Origin: Octopus vulgaris
Lineage: Eukaryota
Assembly: GCA_951406725.2 (NCBI GenBank)
Contig: OX597823.1
Coordinates: 7,254,001-7,318,000, forward strand
DNA: 64,000 bases
Direction of reading: 5' to 3'
The notes below the pieces were generated by a model, which saw nothing but the letters and a program-made list of their open reading frames with translations, was not told the DNA's origin and did no database searches. Of the stretch, positions 1 through 13,051 are shown piece after piece. Each line of letters starts with the position of its first letter. The first letter of the stretch is position 1. Made by a program: the position numbers and the translations under genes.

Positions 1-168
1 AAAAATAAATTCACTCATAATATTGTCGTTGAAATGACAAGGACTCCTTGCTTTATTGCTACCTTATAAACACTTAACACTACTCAACTTGATATTGCTT
101 AGTACAGTATCAATATATACAGAATCTACAACTTTCCAGCTGTGGTAACAATGGATCTTTTATCTTAC

Positions 169-188
169 CTGTTCTTTTAAACCTTCAC
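169..188 (-). other. candidate 20-nt micro-exon of an unidentified gene
   Basis: Minus strand: long pyrimidine tract ...ttttctttttctttttccttttgtatatattttAG | GTGAAGGTTTAAAAGAACAG | GTaaga; open as (x)EGLKEQ. No homology evidence. Confidence 0.35.
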
Positions 189-865
189 CTAAAATATATA
201 CAAAAGGAAAAAGAAAAAGAAAATGTGGATTATACTCGAGGATTTATGGTACTCGAAATGATAATTACCACTTTTTTTTTCAACAGAAACAACTGTATTC
301 AAAATATTATTCAAACTGTAATCCTATTTTAATAAACATTCTAAAAATTGTTCTGAAGTTTAGCTTCTGTTCAAAGATACATTGCATAATATCTTGTGGC
401 TATGGCAAGCTACAGTGCAAGTTCAAAATATAAAAGAAATTACAAGTAGACACCTTAAAGAATAGATAAATGATCCTTCAGTAATCAGTGGCCACTGAAA
501 CTGCCTGGAATGACATGTACTGCTGTTATTCATGACAAAGAATGAATGACACTTGTTAACAGCAATGCATCCCCTTATTTTCACAGTGTTTACTACACCA
601 GCTTCATAATCTCTTTAGTTGTGACAACTGTTGCCATACAGGGATGGTAGATGCAAGAGAAAACATACAAAAGATATTGACTTCCAAGAAAACTGACCAA
701 AATAACATATTATGTTCTTATAGACTGATCGTCATTTTAAAAATTGATGGGAGGGTTGGTTGAATGAGTTTGTCTGGAGAATTAATTATGGAAAAATATA
801 TTTGATAACTGAACTGACATGGATAGTCATTCCATGATGTATGAAAGATGAAGTTTTTAGCATTT

Positions 866-1190
866 TATTCTTTTATTCTTTTACTTGTTTCAGTCATTTG
901 ACTGTGGCCATGCTGGAGCACTGCCTTTACTCGAACAATTCTTTGTGAGCCTAGTACTTATTCTATTATTGGTCTCTTTTGCAGAACCACTAAGTTACGG
1001 GGACATAAACACACCAATATCAGTTGTCAGGTGATGTTGAGGGGGACAAACAGGCACACAAATACATGCACACACTCACACACACATATACGACAGGCTT
1101 CTTTCAGTTTCCGTCTGCCAAATCCACTTACAAGGCTTTGGTCAGCCCATGGCTATAGTAGAAGACACTTGCCCAAGATGTCACACAGTG
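866..1190 (-). mobile_element. tRNA-derived SINE family A, partial
   Basis: Matches the family A copies at 29577 and 32209 (tail ggtgctccagcatggcc..cagtcaaatgactgaaacaagtaaaaga). Confidence 0.8.
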
Positions 1191-1196
1191 ATATAA

Positions 1197-1577
1197 TTTT
1201 ACTTTTAATTGCTTCAGTCATTGGATTGTGGCCATGCTGTGGCACCACCTTAAAGGGTTTAGCTGAACAAATCAATCCCAGTACTTATATTTTAGGTCTG
1301 GTACTTATTTCTTCTGTTTCTGTTTGCCAAACTGCTAAGTTACAGGGACATAAACAAACCAACACTGGTCGTAAAGCGATGGTGGTAGGACAACACAGAC
1401 ACACACACACACATGATTGAGGGGCTCCACACAGCTTCCCTCTACCATATTCACTCATAAGGCTTTGATAAGCCCAGGGCTTGAATAGAAGACACTTATC
1501 CAAGATGCTGCACAGTTGGAGTGAACCCAAAACCATATGGTCACAAAGTGAGTGTCTTAACCACACAGCCATGTCTA
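1197..1577 (-). mobile_element. SINE family A, diverged
   Basis: Same head and tail motifs as the other family A copies, with more substitutions. Confidence 0.7.
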
Positions 1578-1658
1578 TGTCTACACATATAGATATTGTA
1601 AAGATACAGGATTTTATAAATTCATACTCTTCACAAAGACAATACTAACATGAATGAA

Positions 1659-1786
1659 AGGCGGTGAGCTGGCAGAAATGTTAGCATGCCAGGTGAAATG
1701 CTTAGCTGTGTTTCGTTTGTCTTTATGTTCTGAGTTCAAATTTCATTGAGGTCAGCTTTGCCTTTCATCCTTTCGGGGTCAATAAA
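1659..1786 (+). mobile_element. tRNA-derived SINE family B, 5' half
   Basis: ggcggtgagctggcagaa..gagttcaaat..gcctttcatcctttcggggtc, shared with 10020 and 25705. Confidence 0.8.
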
Positions 1787-2015
1787 TTCTTTACTACCCA
1801 CAAGGGGCTAATCACAGAGGGGACAAACAAGAACAGACAAAGGGATTAAGTCAATTACATCGACCCCAGTGCATAACTGGTACTTAATTTATCGACTTTG
1901 AAGGGATGACAGGCAAAATCGACCTCGGTGGAATTTGAACTCAGAACGTAATGGCAGACGAAATACCGCTAAGCATTTTGACCGATATGCTAATGCTTCT
2001 GCCAGCTCACTGCCT
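1787..2015 (-). mobile_element. SINE family B, full length, inverted against the preceding copy
   Basis: Reverse complement of the family B consensus. Confidence 0.8.
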
Positions 2016-3059
2016 TTATTCTTATAAGCATCGATACCTTTATGATGACACTCTTCCTTTTATGGAGATGTATTAATTCAAGGTTCTAGACTGGGAAAAT
2101 CTGAGAGCTATGGTTCAAATCTCAGCCAAGGTTTCTGTAGACATAGCTATGAAAGGATCAAAATAGAAATACTTATCTATCCATTACTCTCAGTCTAAAT
2201 GCCTTTAACATACTTGGCTGCAATATAAATAAGTTTAATAACAATAATAATATTTCTAAAAATTCCACCTTAAAACTACCAGTTACTTGTAATATCCAAA
2301 AAGGCTGATGTCTATCTTTACAATGGAAGATCCAGTTGTGAAACTGCAAAACAACTGGAAAATTTATTCAATGATATTTTCTCGACCAAATTTGGACAAT
2401 ATAAGGCATGGCTTCTTTTCATTTTTCATTAGATTGCATTCACTAGACTACAATCCATGTTAACATGGAAGGATTTTTTTTTTTACATATAAGAATATTG
2501 TTGGCGTAATTCCTCTACATCAGGTTGTTTTGCTGCAGATAACTATTATAGATATAATACTAACAAATATATTACTGATATCAGTGCACTTTGATTCGAT
2601 CTTGTTCCAAGCTGTGATAATATCAATATGTATTATCCAATTATAACAGGGTACTAGTACATAGAATACTAGAGTACTAGTATAAGATCAAAGAAAAGAA
2701 AATTACAGAAAGTAATCTTTTTAACAACAATAAAGAAAAACTAGACACACATGTCAATCTGAACTGAAAAAGAAATTTATATATGAGAACTATTGAAAAC
2801 AACTAAAAATTGAAAAAGAAAATTCTATTAATATTCAATCTAACTCTAAAGCTTTCTGCTAATACCTTACAAAAAAGATTAGATCCTATATTTATCAGTG
2901 TGAACCACCATGAGTCATTTTCCAGATTATTGCTGAAACCCTAAAAATGCAATTCATGCTACTTTTTCAATCAAAAGGAAACATTATTGGAAGATACATG
3001 CTTGCTTGAGATTTCTACTTTATGTAACATTTGAAAAATTGAATCATCCATATTATTCC

Positions 3060-3475
3060 CCCAAATGATTTAGAATAATGCTCAAATACAGATGTACACA
3101 TGATGTGTGTTTGTGAAGAAATCAAGCAATTTAAAAGAGGGGATCCACAGTAGATGAATGTCAAAGAAGACATAGGAAGCAATACTAAAATCTGATCTCG
3201 TACGTGAATGAGAGGATTTGCATCCCCAACCAAGATTTTTGATGTAACACATGTCCTTGCGGAAGCTGTTGTGCGCGGCTGAAGAAGGCCACAGACATAC
3301 ATTATGCATTGTTATAAATCTGTCTAATAAAGGCCCGAAACATATGTACCGCTGAATCCTTCGCATCATGTTTTTATTTTATTTTGATCAATTTACTCCA
3401 CCACCTACACCACCAAACGGTATACACAGGTGCTTATAATTATCAAGTACTCACCCCGAATTTCTATACTCAACT
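3060..3475 (+). mobile_element. Penelope-like element 3' remnant (decayed endonuclease end plus pLTR), followed by (TA)n
   Basis: Contains an intact hammerhead (3275-3352); frameshifted RRH..EAIL-like peptide upstream; ends in a TA run. Confidence 0.5.
3275..3352 (+). ncRNA. type I hammerhead ribozyme motif, intact core
   Basis: gcgg-CTGAAGA-a-ggcc...ggcc-c-GAAAC-atat-GTA-ccgc; stem I gcgg/ccgc; stem III palindrome ACATATGT. Confidence 0.75.
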
Positions 3476-3493
3476 TATATATATATATATATA

Positions 3494-3610
3494 TATCACG
3501 TGATCACGTGACCGACCAGACCATCAGATGTTTTTACACATCGCTGGTCACAATGCGTTCGCATTGTTTTAGCCTTCGAATGATGCCACCCCGCTGGCTA
3601 AGTGAGCAGG

Positions 3611-3615
<5 letters not shown>
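3494..3615 (-). mobile_element. SINE family D 3' part, inserted in (TA)n
   Basis: Reverse complement of the 3' half of 46498-46800. Confidence 0.75.
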
Positions 3616-3665
<50 letters not shown>

Positions 3666-3684
3666 GTATGTATATGTATATGCA

Positions 3685-3840
3685 TATATATGACAGGCTT
3701 CCTTCACTTTCCACCTACCAAATCCACTCACAAGGCTTTGGTTGGCCAGAGGCTATAGTAGAAGGCACAACAGCCCAAGGTGCCATGCAGTGGGACTGAA
3801 CCTGGATTCGTGTGGTTGGTAAGCAAGCTACTTACCACAC
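3685..3840 (-). mobile_element. SINE family A 5' part
   Basis: Family A head motif. Confidence 0.7.
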
Positions 3841-4299
3841 ATACATATAAAAGCTTGACAAAAACAAAGGAGTAATCAATGAATACATGATTATAATTTT
3901 TAATTAACTGGATGCCAACTGAAATGACTCATATAACAGAGAATCAAATATTGAATATCTGCTTCTGACTCACGTTTCCTCAAGCACACACTCTTGTTGA
4001 CACTGAGGTACATTGATCAGTGTTTCATACACTTACATGATTCCGTCAAATAAGGCACTTGAACTGTATCCCTAAAACCATATTTTTAATCCTAGCAATG
4101 CTTGTGTCAGCCTTTCAGATCTTTGTTTACTTTCATTGTGAAAATTCTGTTTATTGATTTTGTATTTCTACTCCCTTACCCTGAAAGTGCTGAGCATTGC
4201 CCAGTTCAATCAGGCCATTTAAGTAACATAACTAGCTACAATGCCATAAATTATATATAGTTTTTCAACCCGACGAATGAAGTGAGGTCATGGCTTGCA

Positions 4300-5897
4300 G
4301 GACGGCCTGCTGTGCTAACCTTGGATCGTAGAGTGACCTGTTGTGCTTGAGGAGACCTATTGAGTCAAGTACGTCAACACCAACATCAAAATAAAAATCA
4401 AATGGAAATTGTAGTTAAGAGACCCGTGCTGGTGGCATGTAAAAAGCACCGTCTGAACATGGCAGATGCCAGCACAGCCTGACTGGCATCCGTGTTGGTG
4501 ACACATAAAAGCACCAACCGATCATGGCCGTTTGCCAGCCTCTCCTGGCTCTTGTGCCAGTGGCACATAAAAAGTAACCACTACACTCATGGAGTGGTTG
4601 GCATTAGGAAGGGCATCCAGCTGTAGAAACACTGCCAGATCAGACTGGAGCCTGATGCAACCTCCTAGCTTCCCAGACCCCAGTCGAACCATCCAACCCA
4701 TGCTATCATGGAAAACGGACGTTAAACGATGATGATGATGATAATGATCAAACATTAATAACAAATACAGTTACATTTTTAAAGTAATGCAAACTCAAAT
4801 TCCTAATATAATGTAGAATATAAAAAGCAAGTATGTGATAGGTTTGAACTCAAATGGTGTGGTACTGTGAGAATAAGATATTTAAAGATATTTAAATTTA
4901 CATTACTAAGATAGCATTTATTATGCTGACATGCGTATGTCATCTTTTCGGATGTTTCATCACATTCATATCAAGGAACTAAGTGTTAGATTGAATTGTT
5001 CAAAATTTTTTGATTGATGAAAGTTAATAAACATTTGAGAGGATGACACATACCTGCTAAGATGAAAATATGGACTCGTTGACCCGTATTAAAGTTACTT
5101 AATTCAGCAGTGGTGCTTACCTTGGATTGTAGGGCGGCCTGCTGTGCTTGAGGAGACCTATTGAGTTGAGTACATCAACATCAAAATAAATATCAAATGG
5201 AAATTATAGTTATGATACCTGTGCCAGTGGCACGTAAAAAGCACCATCCAAACGTGGCCGATGCCAGTGCCGCCTTGACTGGCTTCTGCACCGGTGGCAC
5301 GTAAAAAGTACCCACTACACTCACGGTGTGGTTGGCATTAGGAAAGGCATCCAGCTATAGAAACACTGCCAGATCAGATTGGATCCTGGTGCAGCCTCCT
5401 GGCTTCCCAGACCCCTGTTGAACCGTCCAACTCATGCTACCACGGAAAGCGGACGTTAAACGATGATGATGATGATGTATTGTAAAGTGAATATATATAC
5501 AGAATAGTGGTACACGTGTCCAGTTTGGCGATGTGGCATTACATAGCACTGGATATTTCCCATTTGATTTATTATATGACATGCAAAACATTTCAATTTG
5601 CATCTACACTTATCGTTACCAGCATCGCCTTACTGGCACCTGTGCTGGTGGCATGTGTAAAAAGATTCGAGTGAGGTCGTTGCCAGTACCACCTGACTGG
5701 CCCCCGTGCCGATGGCATGTAAAAGTACCCACTACACTCTCGGAGTGGTTGGCGTTAGGAAGGGCATTCAGCTGTAGAAACACTGCCCGATCAAGATTGG
5801 AGCCTGGTGCAGCCATCTGGTTCGCCAGCCCTCAGTCAAACCGTCCAACCCATGCCAGCATGGAAAGCGGACGTTAAATGATGATGATGATGATGAC
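4300..5897 (+). mobile_element. three near-tandem copies of a (GAT)n-tailed retroposon, family C (about 4300-4745, 5110-5478, 5615-5897)
   Basis: Each copy has gagtggttggc.ttaggaagggcatccagct.tagaaacactgcc...ggacgttaaa(c/t)gatgatgat; an RTE-type 3' end is inferred from the short-repeat tail. Confidence 0.75.
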
Positions 5898-8270
5898 GAC
5901 TTAAGTTTAAAAATATACGTTCAGTGTTGCTCTTCAATAGTTTGATAGAACATGCCTATCTGACACAACTGAAGGATTATTATTTTAACCAAACATATCT
6001 GTGCAGTCATAACCTAGCTTGCCTTCTAGACAGATAGTGTATATGTGGAGATATCTGAAATAAGAGACCTAAATTTTTCAAGCAACAGCAATCGTTGTGC
6101 ACACTCATCAAGCTGAAAAGCTTCAAAATGTAATTTCTGATTGAATGTCATATGGAACATAGGAAAAAGTCAGTAATGACAAACCAGAAATCTGAAACAA
6201 GATAATGGATGTTGAGTTTGTCTTATATTCTCTGATTGATGTTGCCTAAAACTTCTCTCTGTAAAATATAATTTGACCCCACAGAAAAGAAAGCTAGTCA
6301 TATTTAAAAGCGTTTCCCAAACTACCTGTGATAAAACTTAACCTTTTTGACATAATTGTCTTATTATTTGAAATTTGAAAGCTTGAAGTTTCAAACTGTT
6401 TATTGTGGAATTTTGGGTTGTGTGAATTATTTTGCTTTATCAAAAAATACACATTTGAATATTATTCCTTGCATTCTTGTCAACATGGCAAATGGAAACA
6501 TTTTATAACAAACTCTTAGACCACATTTAGGTTAATTTTTAAACTTTCTTATTTTCTTTTTTATAATTCTATATATATTTCATAATTTTCCATATATTTC
6601 CCAAATAATTTTTATTATTCTTGTTATTTTTGCTTAACAATTTACTTCATTTGCACACCTGATCATTAAGGAAAGTTTTATGTCATTCTTCTGTAACAGT
6701 AATTCTTTAAACTTCATTGTAGAAAATCCTAATCTACTATACTGAAATATTATTTTTAAAATCTGAACAGAATTTTATAACCAAAATTTTCTTTTCTGTC
6801 ATAATATTCTCACTGTTAGCTAATTTACTCGTCATAGCTTAATTTAGTCATTTCTGTAGCAAGTCATCATAATTCAGCTCTTAGTCATTCATAAGTGGTT
6901 TAATTTCTTTCCTCCACTCCAGTTTAACCATAATGTAAGTCTCAAGTCTCATGGCCAAGATTTCTTTAGCATGGGAAGATTATTAAAAAAAATAACTTTG
7001 CAGTGAAGTTTCTTTTATTCAGACTTTTCTATTTATCAGGACTACTTATTCAGCTGTCTCTCAAATCCTCTACTTAAAACTTTTCAAGTTCACATCTGCT
7101 GACAGCATTTATAATGGCTACTACATACCATTTTAAGTGTAAATCCTTTGTCAATGGGCTAAAGTGAAAGTGAAGGGGTGTGTGCATAAAATATATAAAA
7201 AGAAAAAGATTTGGATCTAACTATTTTCGAATGATTTTGATATAGATGTAATCTGAGTGCTGCCAGCTGCTCCACACATGAAAGGGTTAATCTCATTCTT
7301 TCTCATAGATATAAATAATGCTGTGTATGTCCATAATTTAATGCTTGTGAATCCATATCACTGGTATTTACACCTCATAATCTTACTATAACACAAACAG
7401 GGAAATTAATCCTTTACCGTTTTAACCTTGGATGAGATTGTTTTCCTTAGTCTTAATCTGTTTCTCTTTTTCGTCCACTCACTTTGTCTCTGTCCCTTCC
7501 TCTCCCTATAATACTTCCAGGATTATAGATTATACTGCTTTTGAATTATGTTTGCTTTTCTTGGAAGGAAAGGCTGGACTTCTGACTTATGGAGAACTCC
7601 TTTGAGTGGAACGTTGAGAAAATAAATAAAATTTATTTAAATAAGTTGATGCAATTGATTTCTGTTAAAAAGGAAATACACAAACAGAAAAGAACACAAG
7701 TGAACTGCAAAATAAAGAGAATTTAGAGATGCTTTTTAATTTAGGACCTGAGATGAAATCTTACTAATAGTGATAATATGTCAGGAAATGTAAAGAAAGG
7801 TCTAGCTTATTGTCTTTTCTTTTCTTTTCTTTTATGATGAGGAAGGATATTGCCCATTGCCTGACATGACTTTATTTCAATACAAGAAGGATGTGTCTGA
7901 TAGGAGTTGCTAATAAAGTGCATGAAAGTTACAGGTTAGTGCCTTACATGAACACATGTAAGAAGAGGGGTTGACAAGTGTAGCATTCCTTTAAATGGAA
8001 GCCTTCCATGTAAAAGATTTTCTTAGGATGTTTGTGTTTCTTTTAGATTCTTCATAGAAGTATTTAAAAAAAAACAATACTTTGTAAGGAAGTATTTGAC
8101 TGGAAGGGTCAACAGAAATTTCAGAAATAGTGACAAATTGTTTGGAAAGTAAGATAAAAAGATACAGTAACCAAACGGCACTATTTTTCATTACTTCTGT
8201 TTCTTAAAGGGGATGCAATGATAAAATTTATCTTAAATTCTTAATATGAAAACAAAGACTTTAGATAACA

Positions 8271-8668
8271 CTAGCAGTATCGCCCGGCGTTGCTCGGGTT
8301 TGTAAGGGAAATAACTATATAAGCATTTTTAGAGATGTAAAGTATAATAGCCATCTCAATATGGTTAACCACAAAGGGGGTGGGTGTTACTGTAGCTTTT
8401 TACGTTCTGAGATTTAATAATAAATTTTTAGAGAATTACTTCCCTTATATATGCCAAAAATGCATTAAAAATGGGAAAAATTGATGGTAAATTTTTTTTT
8501 AAATCATAGACTCATCGTAGATGCACGCTAATACCCAGAAAGGTTCGATATGAATCACGACTATAAGATACCCGGTTTTGGTTAAACTGCACCACAAAAT
8601 GTGGGAGTAGTTAGGAATCTAAATCGTAGGAGACAGACAGCACACAACCTCACTTTTATATATAAAGA
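8271..8668 (-). mobile_element. non-autonomous Helitron
   Basis: 5' TC, 3' hairpin cccgagcaacgccggg then CTAG; homologous to 16067 and 43360. Confidence 0.8.
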
Positions 8669-8809
8669 AAAAAAATGTTCATAATATGTTATTCAATAAA
8701 ATAGCAAATAATAGTAGGAAAGATTAAATGTCATGTGATATGGCAAAACATTTCTTGGAAAAATATAATGATATTCACTAAAGGTGTTTGTTTAACCTAT
8801 TACTTCAAT

Positions 8810-9400
8810 ATTGGGTTGGGTCGAAAGCTTTGTAGTATTTTGGTTACTTATTTACTTTATTCCTCAAGTTACAAAAAAAGCAACCCAGTATTCAAAGTAG
8901 AGGCCATCATGTTGCACTGTCTGAAGTCACCTTTCAACCAATTCTTGTCTTTTGAGGCAAAGAACTCCTTCACTGGAACTTTCACTTTCCAGTTGATGAA
9001 GCATAAGGATCTCAAGAAGTGAACCATAGATTCACAAGTAATAATCCATGGGAACTTGGTCTGGACTCTATGCCAAGTGGGGCATCAGTTCAATTCCCTT
9101 GAGTTTCTGGAATTTATTCTGAGGCGTTGGAGGAGATAATTCACAATGAGTTCATTTTGGATGGGCAAACCATCGATGCCAACCTCTACTTTGAACAGAT
9201 GGGGTGTTGTAAAATTTATAATCGGCAATGGCAACAGAAAGAAGGCCCTTCTGAAGTTAGACAAAACAAGATCTCATACCACTCAAACAACCCAGAATAA
9301 GCTCCAGGAATTTGAGGAAATTGAACTGATGCCACCTCAGCATATAGTTTGGATCTAGCTCCCTTTGGATTATTACAATCCATGGCTCACTTGTATAAGC
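8810..9400. mobile_element. two decayed mariner transposase fragments in opposite orientation
   Basis: Plus-strand peptide LDKTRSHTTQTTQNKLQEFEEIELMP...DLAP.DYY resembles the mariner HDNARPH/YSPDLAPSDY region; a minus-strand copy lies at 8880-9130. Confidence 0.65.
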
Positions 9401-10019
9401 TCATGATGCTTATACAATGATACAATGATGATGTAACAGCAGAAGTAGCTTGAGCAGAAGTGTAGTCAGGCATTTAGAAGTAATTGATAAATGATAGTTG
9501 TTTTTTCATCTCAGATGTCATATTTTAGTTAGTTCAGGGTCCGCACAGTATTTTCAAATAATGGTTGACAGTACAAAGTGACAGATAGTGTGTTGCTTCT
9601 ACTTAAGTATCTAAATCTATTTTTGTATGGTATGTTACAATAAATAGCTGGGAAACACAGGTAAGAAAACAATGCAGGTTCTTTAGTAGAAGTAAAAGCA
9701 TCTTTCTTTGATGACTTAATTAGGACTAATTACAGTTTAAGGTGTAAAGATGAAGGATAGAATTTAACGAACCTATGCTGAGGATTAACAGATTATTTCT
9801 TCACGCAAAATTCAAAGTATATGATAAATGGATGTAATTGGTAGTGATGAAATAACTGGTGTGAGCCATTAATTTCAAACTTTAAAAGAACCTGGGTTGC
9901 TTCAGAAGAAGTAAATCCTTATCAGCAACATTAGTTGCTGCAGAGCTAAGTCCTTCTTCATCACCACTGCCTGCATCATAAATTGCTGTGGTAAGCTGTG
10001 ATATCAATGGTATTGACAT

Positions 10020-10250
10020 GGGGAGCTGGCAGAAACGTTAGCACACCGGGCGAAATGCGTAGCTGTATTTCGTCTGTCGTTATGCTGTGAGTTCAAATTC
10101 CGCCGAGGTCGACTTTGCCTTTCATCCTTTCGGGGTCGATAAATTAAGTACCAGTTACGCACTGGGGTCGATGGAATCGACTTAATACCTATGTCTGTCC
10201 TTGTTTGTCCCATCTATGTTTAGCCCCTTGTGGGTAATAAAGAAATAGGT
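10020..10250 (+). mobile_element. SINE family B with 17-bp target-site duplication
   Basis: Direct repeat ggtattgacatggggag at both ends. Confidence 0.85.
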
Positions 10251-10317
10251 ATTGACATGGGGAGTGTTTCTGTTTGTGTTGTCATTGCTCCCGCTGCCAC
10301 CACCATTAACAACAACA

Positions 10318-10515
10318 GTGGAGGCGCAGTGGCCCAGTGGTTAGGGCAGAGGACTCATGGTCGTAAGAATGCGGTTTTAATTCCCATTTCCCAGACTGGG
10401 CATTGTGAGTGTTTATTGAGCAAAAACACCTAAGCTCCACGAGACTCCGGCGGGGTAGGGGTGAACCCCGCTGTACTCTTTCACCACAACTTTCTCTCAC
10501 TCTTTCTTCCTACTT
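10318..10515 (+). mobile_element. tRNA-derived SINE family D 5' part
   Basis: ggaggcgcagtggcccagtggttagggcag head, homologous to 46498. Confidence 0.75.
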
Positions 10516-10802
10516 CTGCCACAAAGCAGAGGAACCATGGTGTAATCCACTATGGTGTGGTAAACTTTCAGACCCTAGTCTAGATTGCGAATCCTCTGTA
10601 CCCCACGATGGTTCAGCTCTCCACCTGTTAAAAGCCACCATTTACAGAATGAGGATAACAATATAGCTTTCACACCCATGCAACCGCCAGTCTATCGCGT
10701 GTGGTGGGTGGATCTTCAAGTTGCCACACACATTCTTAGTAGCTTAGAGTAAGGCTCGAATTAGAGATTATTCTTTGTGGCTAATGGCGTGAGTCCTGAT
10801 TG

Positions 10803-10826
10803 GAAGAAGAAGAAGAAGAAGAAGAA

Positions 10827-10873
<47 letters not shown>

Positions 10874-10933
10874 AGAAGAAGAAGAAGAGGAAGAGGAAGA
10901 GGAAGAAGAAGAAGAAGAAGAAGAAGAAGAAGA
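10803..10933 (+). repeat. (GAA)n microsatellite
   Basis: Directly visible; explains the poly-K/E/F ORFs. Confidence 0.95.
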
Positions 10934-12784
10934 CACAAAAACCATTTTCAGGTTCTCCTGCTTCAGGCATCTCTACCATCTTCATCGTTTCATCCACATG
11001 TGACCAGAATAACAGTCAACTAAGATATATACATTGCCATTTATTTCCGTGTTGTTTTCTACGGATTCCTCTACTTCAGGTACTTTCTGTTCTCAACGCT
11101 TTTGTATCACATCCCTAAACAACACATCAGCTGATACATTTAATACCAGTCGTTTTGCACAGCTCACTTGTATTCTGTCCTTTGTGAAAGTAACCCATGA
11201 CATGAACCATGTGTAATATCCTCTCTACCATAGGCACAGGACCTGAAATTTGGGAGAAGGGGATAGTTAATTACATCAGTCCTGTACTTGACCGGTACTT
11301 ATTTCATTGTCCATAAGAGGACAAGAAGCAAAGTTGACCTCAGTATGTTGTTCCATAAAACAGTATAATCCTATACCTTGTTATCACTTTCATTATATTT
11401 TATATAACTTTACAAGACTGCATTAGCCCAATGCAGCAACTCTCTGCAGGAAAACAAAGATTGATAATTCTGCCTCATGTGTCCTCCATGTCTGATATAA
11501 TGACACCATAAATATTTTGAGCATAATACAAAGCATATTTTTTTTTAAAAAAAGACAAAATAAACAAATTGCTACTGATACATGAAAACATTTCACTCCT
11601 ATATGCTGCAGTCTTAGAAGCACTATATAAAGATTTAAAGGCATGACTGCTGTTCAGTTCTATAAATGGCTTGTTAAAAAAAAGGATAGATAAGTATTGA
11701 TTTTTGTAATTATAAAAGACACAGCTTAATCACTAAAAATATCTGATTAATTGTTAAACTAATGATATACATAGATGCTCTCTGAAATTAATAGTAAAAA
11801 AATTGGCATTGCTAATAGCTTAACAAAATAGATGTGTTTAAAAAATAGATGTAAGATAAATTTCCCATAAGCAATAATCAACTTTTATTGTTGGCTATAG
11901 ATTTAAATATATCTAACAAATGTTATTATAAAAATAAATCATTTCAAATTTTTTTTTTATTTCATTTAAATTTCTTAGATGTTATGGAACTTACATGTGC
12001 CCCCTTATGGTTCAACTATTGCTTATTAACAAAACATATCTGATGACCAAAAGTTAAAATCTCTTTGATGAAGACTCATATAAAGATTTACTTATTTATT
12101 TTGAAGTTGAGTATCCACTTCAAATCTCTGTCTTCTATAAGCATTTGATGTTTGTTGAAATCAGAGAATGAATGAAGTATGTTAATAATACAAATCTGAT
12201 TTTTAATATATTTTAATAAAAGTTCTTCTAGATATAAAATGTTTGAAAAATATATTTGAGTATCTGTGTCTGTATGTGTACATCATTGTAACTTGTACTT
12301 ATCTAAAAAGGAATTAAGTTTTCACTCTTATTTCACAAGTCTTTCACACATACACAAAATTAAAACATTGCTATGGGCTTGATAAAAATATATCAATTCT
12401 ATGATACAAACTGCATTTTGTTTTGAGAGATGAAATATTGATCTCAGCTAATACCTCTTTTGTTTTTGTCTATAAAAAACACTAGCTATTTCTTTATCTA
12501 GTCCTCCATTCTAACTCTTGATAAAACAGTTGTAAGATGCCACTGGGATAACTGTACAATATGCCGAGGTAACATGGCAAGCTAAGCATGGTCACTCAAC
12601 ATGCTGGAGATAGTTACCAAATTTCTTTTAAATTATATTTTAGAACAGGGTCCCCAACCACTGGACCATGGAGCTGCACTGGGTCATGGATCATTTGGTA
12701 CTGGGTCACACAGAAAATATAAATTTAAAAATTTAATTTCTTCTTTATTTACTACCACATTCTGTGTTATGTATTATATGTGTA

Positions 12785-12998
12785 ATATCCTCTCTACCAT
12801 AGGCACAGGACCTGAAATTTTGGAGAAGGGGATAGTTAATTACATCAGTCCTGTACTTGACCGGTACTTATTTCATTGTCCATAAGAGGACAAGAAGCAA
12901 AGTTGACCTCGTTGGCATTTGAACCCAGATCATAAAGACAGACAAAATACTGCCAAGCATTTTTCCGGTGTGCTAATGATTCTGACAGCTTGTTGCCT
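12785..12998 (-). mobile_element. SINE family B variant, diverged
   Basis: Family B core in reverse orientation. Confidence 0.7.
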
Positions 12999-13051
12999 TT
13001 GACATACATACATACATTCCCGGCCGATGCATATGAAAGTCTCTTTTGCCC

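Noticed and set aside
3015-3369. two 95-aa minus-strand ORFs
   Set aside because: Antisense to a PLE remnant and hammerhead; no recognisable domain
4300-5897. CRISPR-like repeated ggcacgtaaaaagcacc units
   Set aside because: Internal repeats of a dispersed eukaryotic retroposon with irregular spacing and no cas genes
9885-10310. 61-aa minus-strand frame restored by removing the SINE
   Set aside because: Low complexity, no splice or homology support
10761-11118. poly-Lys/Glu/Phe ORFs
   Set aside because: (GAA)n microsatellite read-through
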